Shown one piece after another: positions 61,301 to 64,000 of a DNA stretch of 64,000 bases. The translations under genes were made by a program, and so were the position numbers. Location: sequence record MG592456.1. One strand, written 5' to 3'. Below the pieces are notes generated by a model. That model did no database searches, was not told the DNA's origin, and saw only the letters and a list, made by a program, of their open reading frames with translations. Each line of letters starts with the position of its first letter. Within the stretch, counting starts at the first letter, position 1.

Positions 61301-61727
61301 TCAACGTCGACGAATCCAATGTCAATCGAGTTGTAGCTGTGTCGTTTTCACGAAGTGAAAAGGTATTACTATCGACAATCATGAACCATTTCTTGGATGT
61401 GTCAGTTTCAGTCAGAGTCAATCGAGGTGAAGTACCCTTAATCTCAATGTCGTTTCCCGTTGTTGTTAACTTCCCCGTCATTGTATCGCCAGCTCGGCTC
61501 ACATAACCCGCAGCTAAGAACGGTGCGAAGTTTGCGTTGGATTCTGTTTTCGTATACGCAGAAGTCGTCCCACCATTACCCAATTCACTTGGCAGTGGCG
61601 TATCGTGTTCTGTAAAAATTTTATATCCTTGGTAGAGAATCGTTTCACCTTGAGGATCAAAACGAAGATTCCCACCATGCCATACTATGTTACCGCCAAT
61701 TGCAGTAGTCGCGCGTAGTTCTGCCAT
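58386..61727 (-). CDS. Long tail fibre distal subunit: gp36-like N-terminus fused to a fibre with an S74 intramolecular chaperone
   Basis: MAELRATTAIGGNIVWHGGNLRFDPQGETILYQGYKIFTE matches T4 gp36 MADLKVGSTTGGSVIWHQGNFPLNPAGDDVLYKSFKIYSE; C-terminal SDIRVKTDI...GVIAQE...VAYGNLVGLLIEGVKE. Confidence 0.9.
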   Translation of the reverse strand: MAELRATTAIGGNIVWHGGNLRFDPQGETILYQGYKIFTEHDTPLPSELGNGGTTSAYTKTESNANFAPFLAAGYVSRAGDTMTGKLTTTGNDIEIKGTSPRLTLTETDTSKKWFMIVDSNTFSLRENDTATTRLTLDSSTLNSSVDNFSMKSKIAIRSTDSWLRINDQNTHTSGVYFGSSLVRTDGEFHVGTSGGTFRVASSAITYNGNNVFHDAYHPNADKWTTARTLTTTLTGDVSGSASMSVDGSGNKTVTVNTTVANDSHTHDTRYGPLTGNNTWTGLNLFNGGIGIELGGSTPDGPGGNRLRHYTVGNPPGTNDPVQYSYIFSVSQDSQKGLQISSSYSSSDNSFYIRGASDNPSSPNGAGKWQRWYRLFNEGYHPNADKWTTARTLTTTLTGDVTGTASMSVDGSANKTVTVNTSYKTGSYSSLVPGTAGGAIFDSTENGHIYNVIYANDSNDSFNVLSSTGSATSGHVINKRSFWVLGHTGNTYAAGNMYANSNQRVFADNYHPNADKWTTARTLTTTLTGDVTGSASMSVDGSGNKTVTISTTVANDSHTHDGRYFTETESNARFAYKAGSGSQNFATNTLTSGAINASGAINANAGLYDGGNRVYSAGNDGSGSGLDADLLDGRQATQFAWLSTSGSYDQVLPTQGTWLRAPSSGFLPQSNGVGAIGTSSWKFTSMWATTFNGALAGNASTATWADTVDVNGSNASSTYYDVVWHSGDTLYSSTGVEIQGSTNTLRAGNLYATAQSAGDYFYSHTPIGSSWDHNSHGGLLVNATSSGSAYNILRVNTDNGFKLQTLGGTGGTQRWYTNNANYIQFSGTTITASLSGNASTASSAAKLTTARTISLTGDVTGSVSFNGSANVSISAVVGDNSHNHSGHTVTALGNRLTVDSDGKIRANSTSYRRAGMYGIYDSTKVGHIWSMGNSYAILADGSNFGNLYGLAYKHTNNGTGGSMAGGHQVVFCANGSGKSAMGDGLWTSGNVTAYSDIRVKTDIKPISNSLDKICRVSGYTYTRTDMSPEVIPDAHNPTSRQTGVIAQEILEILPEAVTGGPTEADPDGHYSVAYGNLVGLLIEGVKEQQEMIKSLQSDVQELRRPWWKRIFRL

Positions 61728-63905
61728 GTTATATTCTCTCGTGTGCATTTATTATATATTTATGGTGTATTTATCAGACATAAAAAAAGCTCCCGAAGGA
61801 GCTTAATTAATTAGCTAAACAAACGTTTCCACCACGGTCGTTCAAGTCGTTCAAGTCGAGCTTCAAGTTGTTCGCGACACGCGCGTTCTTCTTTGATGCC
61901 TTCTATCAATAACCCAACCATGTTACCGTATGCGACTGATAATGTTTCTTCGCCTGTATCTTCGTCGGTATGCGTGACTACTACTTCAGGAAGAACTTTC
62001 TGAACTTCTTGAGCAATAACCCCCGATTGTCTCGGTCTGCCTTCGACGTCATTACGTGTGTATGTCACACCACGCAGTTGAACGATCTTGTCAAGCGAAT
62101 TTTCGATCGCTTCGATATCGTCTTTCAACTTGATATCTGAGTAAGCAGATACGTTACCCGTAGCCGAGAGGTTTCCAACAATATCACCGCCAGTGCTATG
62201 AATAATCATTTTATGAGAAGTTGTTGAACCAGCGCCTAAGCGCAATGATCCAGCGTATGATGCGTCACTATTGCCGTAAGCGATTGCCCACGCACCACCT
62301 CCATGCGAGCTACCGCCATAAAGATTAAGCGATTGTCTACCCGTACTATTATTAGTAACAATTGTTGAGATATTGGCAGTAGTTGTGCTGTTATTTAAGA
62401 TTATCGAACCATCTGTCTTAAAATCTCCTGCCGTAATATTACCCGTAGCGGTAAAGTGGCCTGCATCATCAAATGTAAATCGAGTCGTCGTACCATCACG
62501 AATATACCAATTGCCTATACCCGAGTTTAAATCAGTATACATGTGAGAGCCGTTGCAGAAAAACTCAACGTCATCACCAGAACCAAATCGTAGTATATCA
62601 TTATCAGCTAAGTCAATTGCGGTTCTTACACTTAACGTACCATTTACAGTCAAGTTACTAGTTACTGTACCGCCAGTTAATGGCAAGTAACTATGTGTAT
62701 GTGAACTAGCAGCAGCGCCAATCCACGTTCTAATGGCGGTCGTGTCGCTACAGAACCGAACAAAGTTATCGCTGCTGTTGTTGATCCTAAAAGCCATAGC
62801 TCCGCTAATAGTGGTCTGGTTGCCGTAGCTAGGGCGTAACAAGCGCACGTTAATATCACCTGAACCATCACGAACAGCAACAGTGTTAGCCGTAGCCGCT
62901 GTGGTATGAACCGTATTCGGCACGTTACTCAACCCAACTTGCGATGGAGTGTGCGTATGCGAACCCGCAGCATAATTAGTAGAACCTGTGCCGATGTTTG
63001 TATTGGCCGCACTGTATACGCGATTACCGTTTTCATACAATAGCGAACTAAATCGTTGAGAACTGAAATTCCAAGTATTTGAATACGATGGTTGTGTGGT
63101 AACTACCGCAGATTCAGCACCAATATCCGCGTGGTCTGCCATTATCATCACTGGAACCATCGCATTAGCAGTATTGGAGTTCACGTATACTGCGTATACT
63201 GGACGCTGATATTGATTAACATTTCTAACAACAACTGCTAAATGCTCAACGTTTTGATACATCACTCGAACGATTTCCATGGATATATTAGATTGCGCCG
63301 CGTCCCATTTCAGATGATACGACCCGTTATCACCAGCAGTCGTTGTATTTACTGCCTGAACGTCAATTTTGTATCGTTGAGTGTTGCCGCTCTTTCGATT
63401 TGTCCAAATTGTCCCACTAAATCCATTTGAAGCATACGTGTTTAGTATAATATACAAATCACGAGTGCCAGCGTTGTCAACAACCTTACTGATAACGCTT
63501 CCTGTATGGCCAATTCCCATTTCTGACAAAGACCAACTAACATTTCCCGATCCGTTTACTGATTTGCCAGTATTGCCTATTGTTAAAGTTCTAGCAGTAC
63601 CCCAGTTAGCAGTAGTGATATTAGCAGTGCCGTTAAAGCTAGTCCCGTTAATCGTTCTTGCTGTTACTAATTTAGTTGCAGAAACTGCGTTTGCACTAAT
63701 CCCCAAGAATCTTGCATTACTTTCAGTTTCAGTGTAATAACGACCATCGTGCGTATGCGAGTCATTAGCAACAGTCGTGTTGACAGTCACAGTAGTATTG
63801 CCAGCACCTGTTACAGACATACTTGCAGAGCCAGTAACATCGCCCGTTAATGTAGTTGTTAAAGTTCTTGCAGTCGTCCATCGATCTGCATTTGGGTGAT
63901 AGTTA
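60049..63905 (-). repeat. ~150-nt repeat encoding YHPNAD(K/R)WTTARTLTTTLTGDV(S/T)G(S/T)ASMSV...TV.TTVANDSHTHD, 4 copies (~60049-60200, 60465-60590, 60925-61080, 63740-63905)
   Basis: Near-identical DNA; three copies in the first fibre gene, one in the second. Confidence 0.9.
61782..61804 (-). terminator. Intrinsic terminator between the two fibre genes
   Basis: AAGCTCC-cgaa-GGAGCTT with an A-run on the + strand. Confidence 0.8.
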
Positions 63906-64000
63906 TCAGCAAATACACGGGATGTATTGTTAGCGAATATATTGCCTGCAACCTGAACATTACTATCACTTCTGTTACCATACATGACAATCGAGTCGAC
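61811..64000 (-). CDS. Second tail fibre with an S74 chaperone (5' end beyond the window)
   Basis: Frame stays open to the window edge; C-terminal SDIKLKDDI...GVIAQE...VAYGNMVGLLIEGIKE; shared repeats. Confidence 0.9.
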   Translation of the reverse strand, partial: VDSIVMYGNRSDSNVQVAGNIFANNTSRVFADNYHPNADRWTTARTLTTTLTGDVTGSASMSVTGAGNTTVTVNTTVANDSHTHDGRYYTETESNARFLGISANAVSATKLVTARTINGTSFNGTANITTANWGTARTLTIGNTGKSVNGSGNVSWSLSEMGIGHTGSVISKVVDNAGTRDLYIILNTYASNGFSGTIWTNRKSGNTQRYKIDVQAVNTTTAGDNGSYHLKWDAAQSNISMEIVRVMYQNVEHLAVVVRNVNQYQRPVYAVYVNSNTANAMVPVMIMADHADIGAESAVVTTQPSYSNTWNFSSQRFSSLLYENGNRVYSAANTNIGTGSTNYAAGSHTHTPSQVGLSNVPNTVHTTAATANTVAVRDGSGDINVRLLRPSYGNQTTISGAMAFRINNSSDNFVRFCSDTTAIRTWIGAAASSHTHSYLPLTGGTVTSNLTVNGTLSVRTAIDLADNDILRFGSGDDVEFFCNGSHMYTDLNSGIGNWYIRDGTTTRFTFDDAGHFTATGNITAGDFKTDGSIILNNSTTTANISTIVTNNSTGRQSLNLYGGSSHGGGAWAIAYGNSDASYAGSLRLGAGSTTSHKMIIHSTGGDIVGNLSATGNVSAYSDIKLKDDIEAIENSLDKIVQLRGVTYTRNDVEGRPRQSGVIAQEVQKVLPEVVVTHTDEDTGEETLSVAYGNMVGLLIEGIKEERACREQLEARLERLERPWWKRLFS

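Noticed and set aside
61811-63985. ATG 63985 as the start of the second fibre
   Set aside because: The frame is open to the window edge, so the gene is probably 5'-truncated here
1-64000. tRNA or rRNA genes
   Set aside because: No cloverleaf with T-loop GTTCRA plus acceptor stem was recognised by eye; tRNAscan was not run, so a miss is possible

Overview
This window is part of the genome of a large lytic T4-like (Straboviridae-type) myophage. The host is inferred to be a marine gammaproteobacterium such as Vibrio. T4-family markers recognised from the translations are AsiA, RegB, gp52 topoisomerase, NrdA/NrdB/NrdC, Tk, Vs.1, a gp36-like fibre N-terminus and TATAAATA late promoters. KVP40-type accessory genes (nadV, queE, queC-like, phoH) are also present. 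About 1-42 kb is a plus-strand accessory region of small ORFs, driven by 14 copies of a conserved early promoter/leader. Late-promoter islands interrupt it: (i) a terminator-bounded trio of secreted fimbrial-like proteins (22.0-23.3 kb); (ii) three paralogous adhesin-like genes sharing a mosaic N-terminus, which flank a coupled QueC-like / methyltransferase-fold / deaminase / radical-SAM cassette (29.4-33.9 kb); (iii) a minus-strand fibre gene with four foldon-like repeats (42.3-43.9 kb). About 44-57.7 kb holds nucleotide metabolism, topoisomerase, QueE, an ART-like late protein, an endolysin, PhoH, AsiA and a Tad2-like anti-Thoeris candidate. The last 6 kb holds two tandem S74-chaperone tail fibres sharing a ~150-nt repeat. 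A non-coding stretch at 2.36-2.81 kb coincides with an apparent C-to-G skew flip and a triple 10-mer, which is origin-like. Modules (i) and (ii) are the best candidates for an undescribed system. All family assignments are by eye from motifs; no searches were run.
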